This document shows, one piece after another, positions 38,867 through 47,707 of a DNA stretch of 56,492 nt. The stretch comes from an uncultured Sphingomonadales bacterium. GTDB lineage: Bacteria > Pseudomonadota > Alphaproteobacteria > Sphingomonadales > Sphingomonadaceae. The number at the start of each line of letters is the position of its first letter. The stretch's first letter is position 1. Where the stretch lies: positions 1 through 56,492 of the forward strand of contig CAIKKO010000076.1 of assembly GCA_903828025.1 (NCBI GenBank), given 5' to 3'. The notes below the pieces were generated by a model. It ran no database searches. It was not told the DNA's origin and worked only from the letters and a program-made list of their open reading frames with translations. Made by a program: the position numbers and the translations under genes.

Positions 38867-39469
38867 ATGAGGATCAACACAGCCATCACCCCCCTCGCGG
38901 CGGCGGCCTGCCTGCTGGCGCTGACGGCGGGGTCTGCGGCGCAGGCGCAAAACGCCGGGCTTGGTGGTCCGGCCATCCCGGGTGTGTGCATGCTCTCGCG
39001 CGAGGCGGTGCTCGCCAACAGCAAAGTTGCGGTGTACGCGACCGACCGGATCAAGCAATTGACCGCAGAGGCGCAAGCCGAACTGGATGCCGAGCGCAAG
39101 CCCGTGGACGGCGAGATTGCCGCGCTGCGGGCGCAGGCTTCCAAGATGACGGCCGATCAGATTCGCACGCAGGAAAACGCTCTTGGCGCAAAGCTCGCGC
39201 CGATTCAGGCCAAGGCCAATCTGCGCCGCCGCGAGATCGAGAAGACCCGCGCCGACACGCTGGCGACCATTTCGGCGCAGGCCCAGCCGCTGATCGCCGC
39301 TGTTTATACGCAGAAGGGCTGCGGGCTGCTGCTGGATCGCAATACCTTGCTTGGCGGCAATTTTGCCAACGATCTTACGGCCGCCGTGGTGGCCGCGCTT
39401 GATGCCAAGCTCACCTCGATTCCGATCCAGCGCGCCACGTTGCCGCCCACTGCGGCACCCGCGCAATAG
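38867..39469 (+). CDS. OmpH/Skp-family periplasmic chaperone
   Basis: Signal peptide, long coiled coil, KGCGLLLDR...DLTAAVVAALD. Confidence 0.8.
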   Translation: MRINTAITPLAAAACLLALTAGSAAQAQNAGLGGPAIPGVCMLSREAVLANSKVAVYATDRIKQLTAEAQAELDAERKPVDGEIAALRAQASKMTADQIRTQENALGAKLAPIQAKANLRRREIEKTRADTLATISAQAQPLIAAVYTQKGCGLLLDRNTLLGGNFANDLTAAVVAALDAKLTSIPIQRATLPPTAAPAQ

Positions 39470-39787
39470 CGTCAGGCGGGCCGGACGGCTCCTGTCCGGT
39501 TGCGCTAAGCAGTCGGATTGTGTCCCGAATGGGCACATGATGCGTGTTGGCCGGGTGCGGGCCTGATTGCTGGCGAAAAAAATACGGGGAAACCGGCCTC
39601 GTTCCGCACCTTGGGGCGAGGCTGCCGTGCGGCGGAAATGCGCGCCGTACTCCGCAAAACGCCCCTAAATGGGCCAAAGCACGGGCGTATTCGCGGGCGA
39701 TCGCGGTTGGCCAATGGCCGTCCCGGTGCCTGCGCGCCACGGCCGGACAGACAGCTTGGACCACACCGGTGATCATGACCGACACGT

Positions 39788-39805
39788 TTATCACAAAAAT
39801 GTCAC
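39788..39805 (+). promoter_or_regulatory. Pho box-like direct repeat upstream of the DING/PstS gene
   Basis: TTATCAC-AAAA-ATGTCAC against consensus CTGTCAT-A(A/T)A(A/T)-CTGTCA(C/T). Confidence 0.55.
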
Positions 39806-40012
39806 CGCTCAAAAATAAAGGGGTGCACGGGGGCGAATCAAACCGCCTGTCCAACAGCGTCGTTTTCTCGGGCGGCGTCGGGACAGGCTCAGGACCGCTC
39901 CCAGCAAGTCCTTGTCTTAAAAGGACATGATAAAATTGAAGGTTTAGGCCGAGGTGACCGTTCCATCTGCGGAAACGGCATCAGGACCAAACTGAAGCGA
40001 AAGGGATATATA

Positions 40013-42523
40013 ATGTCGAATCATCTGAAATCGTCGCTGCTCGCAGCGACCGCTGCGGTCATCGCATCGGCCGTTCCGGCGCACGCCCAGCTCGTTTATC
40101 CTTCTGCCGAACTTCGCGGCATGGGCGCTACCTCGGTCCAGGACATGTGGCCGCGTGAAGCCAACTGCGTTGGCGGCTTCAAGCCGACCGGCACCACGAG
40201 CAGCGAAAACTCGTTCACCGTGAACGCTGACGACACCGTCTCGCCGCGCAACCTCGGCAACGCCAAGGCACTCGCCGTCACCCCGACGTTCGATTGCAGC
40301 TCGCAGTCGATCCAGCCGAACATTTCGGTCCGTTACATCGGTATCGGTTCGGGCGGCAGCCGCAACGTTCTGACCGCCACGACCGCTTATGCGGGCTATC
40401 AGGCCAACGGCATCAAGCTGCCGAACGGCACCGCCGCTGCTCCTGCAAACCCCTCGCCCGCCATCTTCGGTTCGGACGTGTCGACCTGGGGCGGTGCTCA
40501 CTATGCGCTTTCGGATTCGCCGGCTGGCGCGAGCGATATCACCAACCTGACGGCCAACCACGCCGCGGCTGGGGCCTTCATTCAGGTTCCGCTGTATGTT
40601 CTGCCTGTCGCGCTCGCCTATAACCCGGTCTATGCCTATGTGGCTTCGGACACGACCCACGCGACGACCTACAAGTTCAACGTTCAGGCCACTGCCACGG
40701 ACGCCCCCAACGGCGGTCTGCGCCTGTCGAAGGTTGCTTACTGCAACATCGTCAACGGCGTGATCAAGAACTGGAACGATCCGCGCATCGCTGCCACCAA
40801 CTGGCAGGTCGATAGCAAGGGCAAGCCGGTGATCAGCAAGACCACCAAGGCACCGGTGCTCGTTTCGCTGAAGGACGTTTCGGACGACGCCACGCGTTGG
40901 GCCAAGGAAGGCGCTCCGATCCGTCTGGTCGGCCGTCTCGACAAGTCGGGCACCACCGACATCTTCTCGCGTCACATCAACAACGCCTGCACCGACTCGC
41001 TCGGCACCACGACCAACAAGTTCGCCAACGCTGCAGAATCGCTGCCGTTTGACCCCACTTCGGCCATCAACCTGCGCGAATTCCGTGGTGACACGAACTA
41101 CTACCCGACCAGCCTCGACACCACCTCCGGTGTGGTTGACGCTGCGAAGGTTGCGAAGCACATCAGCGCTCTGGCCGGTACGACCAGCGTGCTGAACGGC
41201 GTTGTTTACAAGAACGGCGTTGAAGGCTTCGTCAGCCAGTCGTCGGGCTTCTCCGCTTCGGAAGGCATCACGACCAGCGCCACCACCGGCACCAACGGCG
41301 GCGGCAAGTTCATCGTCGCTTCGGGTGGCGGTAACGTGATCACGGCGATCAACGCTGGCTTCGCGGCTTCGGATGCCACGCTGAAGGACTTCTTCGGCCA
41401 TGCGGTCTTCGCGAAGAACGGTCTGGCTTCGGAAGTGCAGCTCTATGAGATCGTCGGTACGCCCGTGACGACCACCGTGACTGATCCCGTCGATGCGACG
41501 ATCACGCACACCGTCGTGACCACGACCACCACGGTCTATAAGGTCTCGGATCAGTCGGTTTACGGTACCATTGCCAACATTGTTGACACGACCAACGCAA
41601 CGCCCCCGGTGGTGACGAACTCGGTCGCTTACAGCCCTGTTGATCCTGCGGTTGACCTTTCGCTGCTGCAGGCGGTCAAGCTGCTGAAGGGCACGTCCAT
41701 CCCGGGTGCGCTGGTTGCTTCGGCAGACGGTTCGCTCCTGTTCAACGGCAAGATCGGCTACATCTCGGCTGACCAGGTCCTCCCGGCAGTTGGCGCTACC
41801 ACTTCGGCGGCTGCGCTTGAAATCTCTGACACCTATGCCAACGGCACGGGCAAGGCTCCTGCCTTCGCCATGCCGAACGCAACCACCGCACAGGCCGCTT
41901 TCGGCACGACCGTTCTGCCGCCGGAATCGACCAAGGCTGGTAAGTACGCCGCTGGCGCCTCGGGCACCATCGTCCGTACCAACCCGCTTGATTGGTACAA
42001 CGCGCTGTATGCCGCTGGTTCGTCGCTCGCCAACCCCAAGGTTGGTTACCCGCTGACCGGCACGACCCAGTTCGACACCGCCACGTGCTTCGCGAACCCC
42101 GACAACCGCAACGCGGTTGCCACGTTCCTGACCACGCTGTACGGTTTCAACGTCACGGACAGCGCTGGCAAGAAGCAGTCGAAGGATCTGTTCACGGGCG
42201 TCAAGAAGCCGGGCATCCGTACGCAGTACAACATCGCACCGCTCCCGACCAACTGGACGACTGCGATCTACAACACCTTCCTGATCAACAACCCGAAGGA
42301 CAACAGCCTCGGTCTGTACCTCCAGAACGGTCTGCCGGGTAAGAACTTCATCGCCGCTTACGGCCTGAAGGGTACCACCACCATCGCAGCCAGCACGGTC
42401 ACCACTGCCGGTGCCGTCAAGCTGCCGGCTGGCGCCACGTATCCGGGCGTTGGCAAGAAGTCGACGATCACCTACTCTGAAGGTGGCGCGAACCCCTCGT
42501 GCACGGCTGGCGCGGGTCTCTGA
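40013..42523 (+). CDS. Enlarged DING/PstS-family phosphate-binding protein, 836 aa
   Basis: Signal ending AHA; GMGATS, GIGSG, ALSDS, FIQVP, WNDPRI, VGRLDKSGTT, IGYIS, GYPLTGTT motifs; six Cys. Confidence 0.85.
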   Translation: MSNHLKSSLLAATAAVIASAVPAHAQLVYPSAELRGMGATSVQDMWPREANCVGGFKPTGTTSSENSFTVNADDTVSPRNLGNAKALAVTPTFDCSSQSIQPNISVRYIGIGSGGSRNVLTATTAYAGYQANGIKLPNGTAAAPANPSPAIFGSDVSTWGGAHYALSDSPAGASDITNLTANHAAAGAFIQVPLYVLPVALAYNPVYAYVASDTTHATTYKFNVQATATDAPNGGLRLSKVAYCNIVNGVIKNWNDPRIAATNWQVDSKGKPVISKTTKAPVLVSLKDVSDDATRWAKEGAPIRLVGRLDKSGTTDIFSRHINNACTDSLGTTTNKFANAAESLPFDPTSAINLREFRGDTNYYPTSLDTTSGVVDAAKVAKHISALAGTTSVLNGVVYKNGVEGFVSQSSGFSASEGITTSATTGTNGGGKFIVASGGGNVITAINAGFAASDATLKDFFGHAVFAKNGLASEVQLYEIVGTPVTTTVTDPVDATITHTVVTTTTTVYKVSDQSVYGTIANIVDTTNATPPVVTNSVAYSPVDPAVDLSLLQAVKLLKGTSIPGALVASADGSLLFNGKIGYISADQVLPAVGATTSAAALEISDTYANGTGKAPAFAMPNATTAQAAFGTTVLPPESTKAGKYAAGASGTIVRTNPLDWYNALYAAGSSLANPKVGYPLTGTTQFDTATCFANPDNRNAVATFLTTLYGFNVTDSAGKKQSKDLFTGVKKPGIRTQYNIAPLPTNWTTAIYNTFLINNPKDNSLGLYLQNGLPGKNFIAAYGLKGTTTIAASTVTTAGAVKLPAGATYPGVGKKSTITYSEGGANPSCTAGAGL

Positions 42524-42556
42524 TCCAAACCACCGATTGCATTTGGTCAATACAGG

Positions 42557-42587
42557 AGTGGCCCCGGGAAACCGGGGCCACTTTTTT
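42557..42587 (+). terminator. Rho-independent terminator
   Basis: AGTGGCCCCGG-gaaa-CCGGGGCCACT followed by a T run. Confidence 0.9.
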
Positions 42588-42790
42588 GTGCGCGGCGCAT
42601 GGCGGCGGCGCGATTCGGCCTACGCCCGCAGGCGCGTGGCAAAATTCCGGGGCGTTGGAGCGGGGTTCAGCGCGAATCGGGGCTATTTTCAGCAAAATGC
42701 GCGCTGTTCAGACGAAATTAAGGGTTTCCTGTGTAAACAATACGTGTCACAGTCATTTTTGGCAGGTGATTTGTTTATATCCCAATCGAC

Positions 42791-42827
42791 TGGCGGCGTT
42801 GATCCTCGGATCCGCCGCCATTTTTTT
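42791..42827 (+). terminator. Second terminator with no protein-coding gene directly upstream
   Basis: TGGCGGCG(tt)GATC-ctcg-GATCCGCCGCCA followed by T7. Confidence 0.7.
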
Positions 42828-42854
42828 GGTTAGCGCGGGTCTGCCGCGGACTTA

Positions 42855-43130
42855 TACCAACCTGCAGTGATCCTGACCTATGAGGACGTTTTCTGGTGGT
42901 TCTCGGCAAGAAGCGGCCGAAGGGGCGATGTGGTGCATCGTTCCGAGGGCGCGACGCTGTCCGAGAGCCGCCAGAAATCGCCCTTCGGGTTGCCAGTCTC
43001 GCGCTTTCTGGCCCCGCCCGCTGGACTTCGTCGCGGCGGTTCGACGATGCACCACCTCGCCTTCACCACCACTCCTCGCCAGCGAACGGGACTGGCAATC
43101 CTCATAGGTCAGGATCACTGCAGGTTGGTA
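42855..43130. mobile_element. MITE, 276 bp, with 32-bp perfect terminal inverted repeats and TTA flanks
   Basis: TACCAACCTGCAGTGATCCTGACCTATGAGGA at 42855-42886 and its reverse complement at 43099-43130; TTA at 42852-42854 and 43131-43133; no transposase. Confidence 0.85.
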
Positions 43131-43853
43131 TTAGCGGTCACCCTGCTTGGCCATGTATTCGATCGCGGCCCTGAGATCGTCGTCGCCAATCGCGCCGGCC
43201 ACCATGATCGTTTTGCCATTGGCGTTGTTGCGCACCGCGATGGCCGGGGTGCCACCCAGATTGGCGCGCTGTGCGCTGCGCATTTCCTCGCCGAGCCGCT
43301 CGCTCGTGGCCGGGGCGGTGGTGCAGGCGGCCAATGCTGCGCTGTCGAGCGCGCCTGCGCTCCGCGCGAGTGCGGCCACAGGATCGCCGTTCTGCCCTGC
43401 CTGCGCGGGAATGCCCTGGCCATTGCTGCCGGTCATCGCCAGCCATCCATCGAGAAAGTGGTAATAGGCCGCATCGCCCGCCTGATCGCCCACGCACAGC
43501 GCCGATAACGAAGCCAGCATCGCATTGGCACCATGGAACGGCAGCGGATAGAGCCGCACCGCGAGATTGACGCGCCCTTGCGCAGCATCGACCACCGTTT
43601 CGGGGGTCATACCAAGCACCTTGCAATAAGGGCACTCGGGATCGAGCCACACAATCACGCTCACCGCCGCTTTGGCCGGACCATGGACCCGGTCGCCCGC
43701 GCCGATGGGGCTCACAGCGGTCGCGACATGCCAGCCGGGGCCCTCGTTGTCCTGCGCGTGGAGCGTCGCGGGTGCCGCCAGCGGCGCGGCAATCAGCGCA
43801 GCGAGCAGCGGAGTTCTGGCAAGCCATGAAGGCAGCAAACGGGGCACGGGCAC
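43131..43853 (-). CDS. DsbA-family thiol-disulfide oxidoreductase
   Basis: Signal peptide, DPECPYC, YPLPFH, GGTP cis-Pro loop; GTG start with AAGGA RBS. Confidence 0.88.
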   Translation of the reverse strand: MPVPRLLPSWLARTPLLAALIAAPLAAPATLHAQDNEGPGWHVATAVSPIGAGDRVHGPAKAAVSVIVWLDPECPYCKVLGMTPETVVDAAQGRVNLAVRLYPLPFHGANAMLASLSALCVGDQAGDAAYYHFLDGWLAMTGSNGQGIPAQAGQNGDPVAALARSAGALDSAALAACTTAPATSERLGEEMRSAQRANLGGTPAIAVRNNANGKTIMVAGAIGDDDLRAAIEYMAKQGDR

Positions 43854-43978
43854 GGTCCTTTCGCGGATAGAGGCGGCATGGCCTGCCCGGCAGACCGATC
43901 CCAGCGGTTCCTTTCCACGTCTACCATGACGGCGCAATGACCATGCTGCGCGGCGCGCCGACCCTTGTTTCAACGCGG

Positions 43979-44005
43979 CATTCTATATACCACGAAATAT
44001 CGCAA
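43979..44005 (+). promoter_or_regulatory. Candidate ModE box
   Basis: CTATATA-CCACGA-AATATCG immediately upstream of modA, resembling TATATA-N6-TATATA. Confidence 0.5.
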
Positions 44006-44019
44006 CCGGGGGAACCGCC

Positions 44020-44799
44020 ATGGCCATATTGTACCGCGCGCTCGCCGCCGCGCTCGCCGTGCTGATGGGCGTTGCCCCGCAGCTCGCGCCCGCGCAAGCT
44101 CCGGCCCGTGGTCCGCTGGTGCTTGCGGCGGCCAGCCTGCAGGAATCGCTGAGTGCCGCCGCCGATGCCTGGACGCGCATGGGGCATGCCCGGCCGGTGC
44201 TCTCGTTCGCCGCGTCGTCGGCGCTGGCGCGGCAGATCGAGGCCAAGGCCCCCGCCGATCTGTTCGTTTCGGCCGATGAGGCGTGGATGGACTATCTGGC
44301 GCAGCGAAAGCTGATCGCGCCGGATTCGCGCGTGTCGTTCCTCACCAACCGGCTGGTGATCATTGCGCACGCCGCCAGCCGGGCGCGCTTCGATGTGAAG
44401 CCGGGCTTCGCGCTTGCGGCGGCGCTGGGGGGCGGGCGGCTTGCGCTGGCCGATCCCGATGCCGTGCCAGCCGGGCGCTATGCGCGCGAGGCGCTGACTG
44501 CGCTCAAGGTCTGGCCGGGCGTGCAGGGCAGTCTCGCCCGCGCCGAAAACGTGCGGGCGGCCTTGGCGCTGGTCGCGCGCGGGGCCGCGCCGCTCGGGAT
44601 CGTATATGCCACCGACGCGCGCGCCGAGCCCGCCGTGCGCGTGGCCGGATGGATTCCGGCGGCGGCACACGCGCCGATCACTTACCCGGTCGCCCGACTG
44701 GCTGCGGCGACCCATCCCGATGCCGAAGCCTTCCGCCGCTTCCTCATCTCCGCCGAAGCCAAGGCGATTTTCCGCCGCTTCAGCTTCGGAGCGCGGTAA
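44020..44799 (+). CDS. modA: Molybdate ABC transporter, binding protein
   Basis: AAASL, SSALARQIE, ADLFVSA, VPAGRYA, ENVRAAL, GIVYATDA. Confidence 0.95.
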   Translation: MAILYRALAAALAVLMGVAPQLAPAQAPARGPLVLAAASLQESLSAAADAWTRMGHARPVLSFAASSALARQIEAKAPADLFVSADEAWMDYLAQRKLIAPDSRVSFLTNRLVIIAHAASRARFDVKPGFALAAALGGGRLALADPDAVPAGRYAREALTALKVWPGVQGSLARAENVRAALALVARGAAPLGIVYATDARAEPAVRVAGWIPAAAHAPITYPVARLAAATHPDAEAFRRFLISAEAKAIFRRFSFGAR

Positions 44800-44804
44800 T
44801 TCGC

Positions 44805-45500
44805 ATGGGGCTTTCGGGCGAAGAGTGGGGCATTGTCGGGCTGTCGATCGAGGTCAGCCTCGCTGCCATTCTGGGCGCGCTGCCGATTGCCTTTGCGCTC
44901 GCCTGGGTGCTGGCGCGGCAGCGCTTTCCCGGCAAAGTGCTGCTCGACGCTGCGGTCCATCTTCCGCTGGTCCTGCCGCCCGTGGTGATCGGCTGGCTGT
45001 TGCTGCTCGCGTTCGCGCCGGATGGGCCTGGCGGCCGCGTGCTCGGGGCCTTGGGCATCAGCGTGTTGTTCCGCTGGACCGGCGCGGCGATTGCGGCCGC
45101 AGTCATGGCGCTGCCGCTGATGGTGCGCGCGATGCGCCTCTCGCTCGAAGCGGTGGACCCGCGGCTGGAGCAGGTGGCGCGCACGCTTGGGGCAGGGCCC
45201 TTGCGCACGTTCGCGACGATCACGCTGCCGCTGGCATCGCCCGGGGTGCTGGCGGGCGTGGTGCTTGGCTTTGCGCGATCACTCGGAGAATTCGGCGCGA
45301 CGATCACCTTTGTCTCAAACATCCCGGACGAGACGCGCACACTGCCATTGGCGATCTATGCCGCGCTGCAGATGCCCGGCGGAGATACAACGGTGTGGCG
45401 ACTGGCAGCGGTTTCGGTCGCGCTGTCGCTTGCAGCGCTGGTGAGTTCGGAAGCGCTGTCGCGCTCGGCCGGGCAGGGCAGGGGCGGCCATGTCCTTTGA
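44805..45500 (+). CDS. modB: Molybdate ABC transporter, permease
   Basis: HLPLVLPPVV, FARSLGEFGATI, TLPLAIY. Confidence 0.95.
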   Translation: MGLSGEEWGIVGLSIEVSLAAILGALPIAFALAWVLARQRFPGKVLLDAAVHLPLVLPPVVIGWLLLLAFAPDGPGGRVLGALGISVLFRWTGAAIAAAVMALPLMVRAMRLSLEAVDPRLEQVARTLGAGPLRTFATITLPLASPGVLAGVVLGFARSLGEFGATITFVSNIPDETRTLPLAIYAALQMPGGDTTVWRLAAVSVALSLAALVSSEALSRSAGQGRGGHVL

Positions 45501-46140
45501 GGTCGATGTCGCGCTGCGGCGGGGCCAGCGGGATATAGCCTGCCAGTTCGCGAGCCCCGGCGGAATTACCGCGCTGGTCGGGCCATCGGGTGTGGGCAAG
45601 TCTACCGTACTGGAAGCCATTGCCGGATTGCTGCGCCCGGAAACCGGGCGGATCGCTGTCGCCGGGACGGTCCTGTTTGATAGCGACGCCAAGACTGATC
45701 TCGCGCCCGAACGCCGCGCGTGCGGCATGGTGTTTCAGGACTTGCGCCTGTTTCCGCACCGCCGCGTGCGCGACAACCTGCTTTATGGCCACCGCCTGGC
45801 GCCGCCAGAGCGCCGCTGGCTCGGCCTTGAGGAGGCGTGTGCCTTCCTCGATATTGCGCCGCTGCTCGATCGCAGCCCGCGCACGCTTTCGGGGGGCGAA
45901 GCGCAGCGGGTGGCGATCGGTCGCGCGCTCCTGTCGGGCCCCCGCTTCCTCCTGATGGACGAGCCGCTGTCCTCGCTTGACGACGCGCGGCGCGAGGCGA
46001 TTTTCACCGTCATCGAGTGCATCCGCACCGAGCTCGCGCTGCCGATCCTGCTGGTCAGCCACGACCGCGCCGATGTTCTGCGGCTGGCCGATCATGTGGT
46101 CGAAATGACGGCCACGACGGGGCCCATGCACCAAACGTAG
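45490..46140 (+). CDS. modC: Molybdate ABC transporter, ATPase (short form, no TOBE tail)
   Basis: GPSGVGKS, LSGGEAQRVAIGRALL, LLMDEP. Confidence 0.93.
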   Translation: MSFEVDVALRRGQRDIACQFASPGGITALVGPSGVGKSTVLEAIAGLLRPETGRIAVAGTVLFDSDAKTDLAPERRACGMVFQDLRLFPHRRVRDNLLYGHRLAPPERRWLGLEEACAFLDIAPLLDRSPRTLSGGEAQRVAIGRALLSGPRFLLMDEPLSSLDDARREAIFTVIECIRTELALPILLVSHDRADVLRLADHVVEMTATTGPMHQT

Positions 46141-46252
46141 AGCGTGCGGCCCCGTTGTACCGATACGGTTTGGCAGCGCCTTTTGCGGCTAAGCAACGCG
46201 GCCCAACGGGATTTTGGCCCAAACGCTTCAGCCGCTGCTTTGCCGGGCGAAT

Positions 46253-47413
46253 TCAGGCGATAATCATGAAATCGCTGAACAGCATGCTTTCATGGGCACC
46301 CAAATGAACTTGCGCGAATTCAACCGCAGCGTGGTGCCCCACGCCATCGGGATCATAGAACAATTGGCCGGTGGACGTATTGTAAATGATATGCTGATCG
46401 GCGGTTTTGGCGGCCTTGGCTCCGGGCGCAGCGTAAAATTCACTCGCAGTGACTCGGCCGAGATGGTCAAACCCGCTGAACACGGCCTGCGACAGGTTGA
46501 TCTTATCGCCATCGCTATGCGAAAAATCGGTAATGAGATCATAGTTGTCGAGCGAATTGGGCACTGTCGAAAACACGAATTTGTCCGCGCCCGATCCACC
46601 CGTCAATGTATCGCGCCCCAGGCCGCCATCCAAAGTATCATTGCCTGCCATGCCATCGAGCACGTTTCGCGCGCTGTTGCCGGTCATCACATTATTGAGG
46701 GCATTCCCGGTTCCGTTGGTCGAATACAGACCTGTCAAAACCAGATTTTCGACATTGGGAGAGAGCGTGAAATCGACCGATGCATCGACTTCATCGGTGC
46801 CCCCATTGCGCACATCGAGGACCCGGTCCTTGAGATTGTCGACGATGTAAACGTCGTTGCCCCGGCCCCCTTGCATGATATCCGCGCCGAAGCCGCCATC
46901 CAGAACATCGTTACCGTCGCCGCCCAGCAGCTTGTCTTGTCCGCTCCCGCCGAACAGTTTGTCGTCTCCGATTCCGCCGAAAAGGCTATCATCGCCCGCG
47001 CCGCCGTAGAGCGTATCATTGCCGCCGCGGCCGTTCAGAAAATCATTCGCTGAACTGCCGGTGATCACGTTATCAAGGCTGTTGCCCGCACCGGAATGAT
47101 GCACTGAATCCAGAAATGTCAGGTTCTCGACATTCACTGGCAAAGTCATGGATTTCAATTTGGTCTCGATGGTGTCTATTCCACCGTTCGCAAGTTCGAT
47201 GACTTTGTCGGACAGGTTGTCAACGATATAGGTATCGTTGCCATCTCCGCCGTACATCGTGTCTTTGCCCAAGCCGCCGTCAAGATAGTCATCGCCGCCG
47301 AGGCCTTTGAGCGTATCATTGCCAGCGTAACCGAAAAGCGCATCGCCGCCGCTCGTGCCGGTCAAAACATCCTGGCTGGCAGTGCCGTTGATCCGGTTAG
47401 GGGGCAAGGTCAC
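46253..47413 (-). CDS. RTX Ca-binding repeat protein, 386 aa, probable T1SS substrate
   Basis: GGxGxD repeats, two DxYIVDN...NVENL modules, DLITDF...GDKI, C-terminus DFMIIA, no signal peptide. Confidence 0.9.
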   Translation of the reverse strand: MTLPPNRINGTASQDVLTGTSGGDALFGYAGNDTLKGLGGDDYLDGGLGKDTMYGGDGNDTYIVDNLSDKVIELANGGIDTIETKLKSMTLPVNVENLTFLDSVHHSGAGNSLDNVITGSSANDFLNGRGGNDTLYGGAGDDSLFGGIGDDKLFGGSGQDKLLGGDGNDVLDGGFGADIMQGGRGNDVYIVDNLKDRVLDVRNGGTDEVDASVDFTLSPNVENLVLTGLYSTNGTGNALNNVMTGNSARNVLDGMAGNDTLDGGLGRDTLTGGSGADKFVFSTVPNSLDNYDLITDFSHSDGDKINLSQAVFSGFDHLGRVTASEFYAAPGAKAAKTADQHIIYNTSTGQLFYDPDGVGHHAAVEFAQVHLGAHESMLFSDFMIIA

Positions 47414-47707
47414 GCGAAAATCCTTTGCGTTGAACTGCGATCATGGAAGCAACCGGGAACACCAGACCGCGGCGTTGGTTCGCCATTGGGGCAAGGTCCC
47501 CCGAGCCAAAACGGAGCGCAGAGTGTCTTGTCATCCGGTTGCCGCCATTTTGTTTCAGGACGACTACACCCGTGCAGGCGTTTGCATCGCGCAGGCACCA
47601 AGCCGGGACTCGCGCGCCAACACAGTTGTGCGGGCAAGGGGCGGTGCGTGATCGGCAAAGGCCCGTATTGGCATAGGCCCGCTGCCCTGCGCTCTCGCTG
47701 GCCGCCC

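Noticed and set aside
25656-39469. CDI toxin-immunity pair
   Set aside because: The C-terminus is DUF3739-like and the downstream gene has a signal peptide and Skp features.
39944-42550. 868-aa antisense ORF
   Set aside because: Mirror of the strongly codon-biased DING gene; R/G/V-rich with no motifs.
42852-43508. Mirror ORFs starting MILTYED on both strands
   Set aside because: Artefacts of the MITE terminal inverted repeats.
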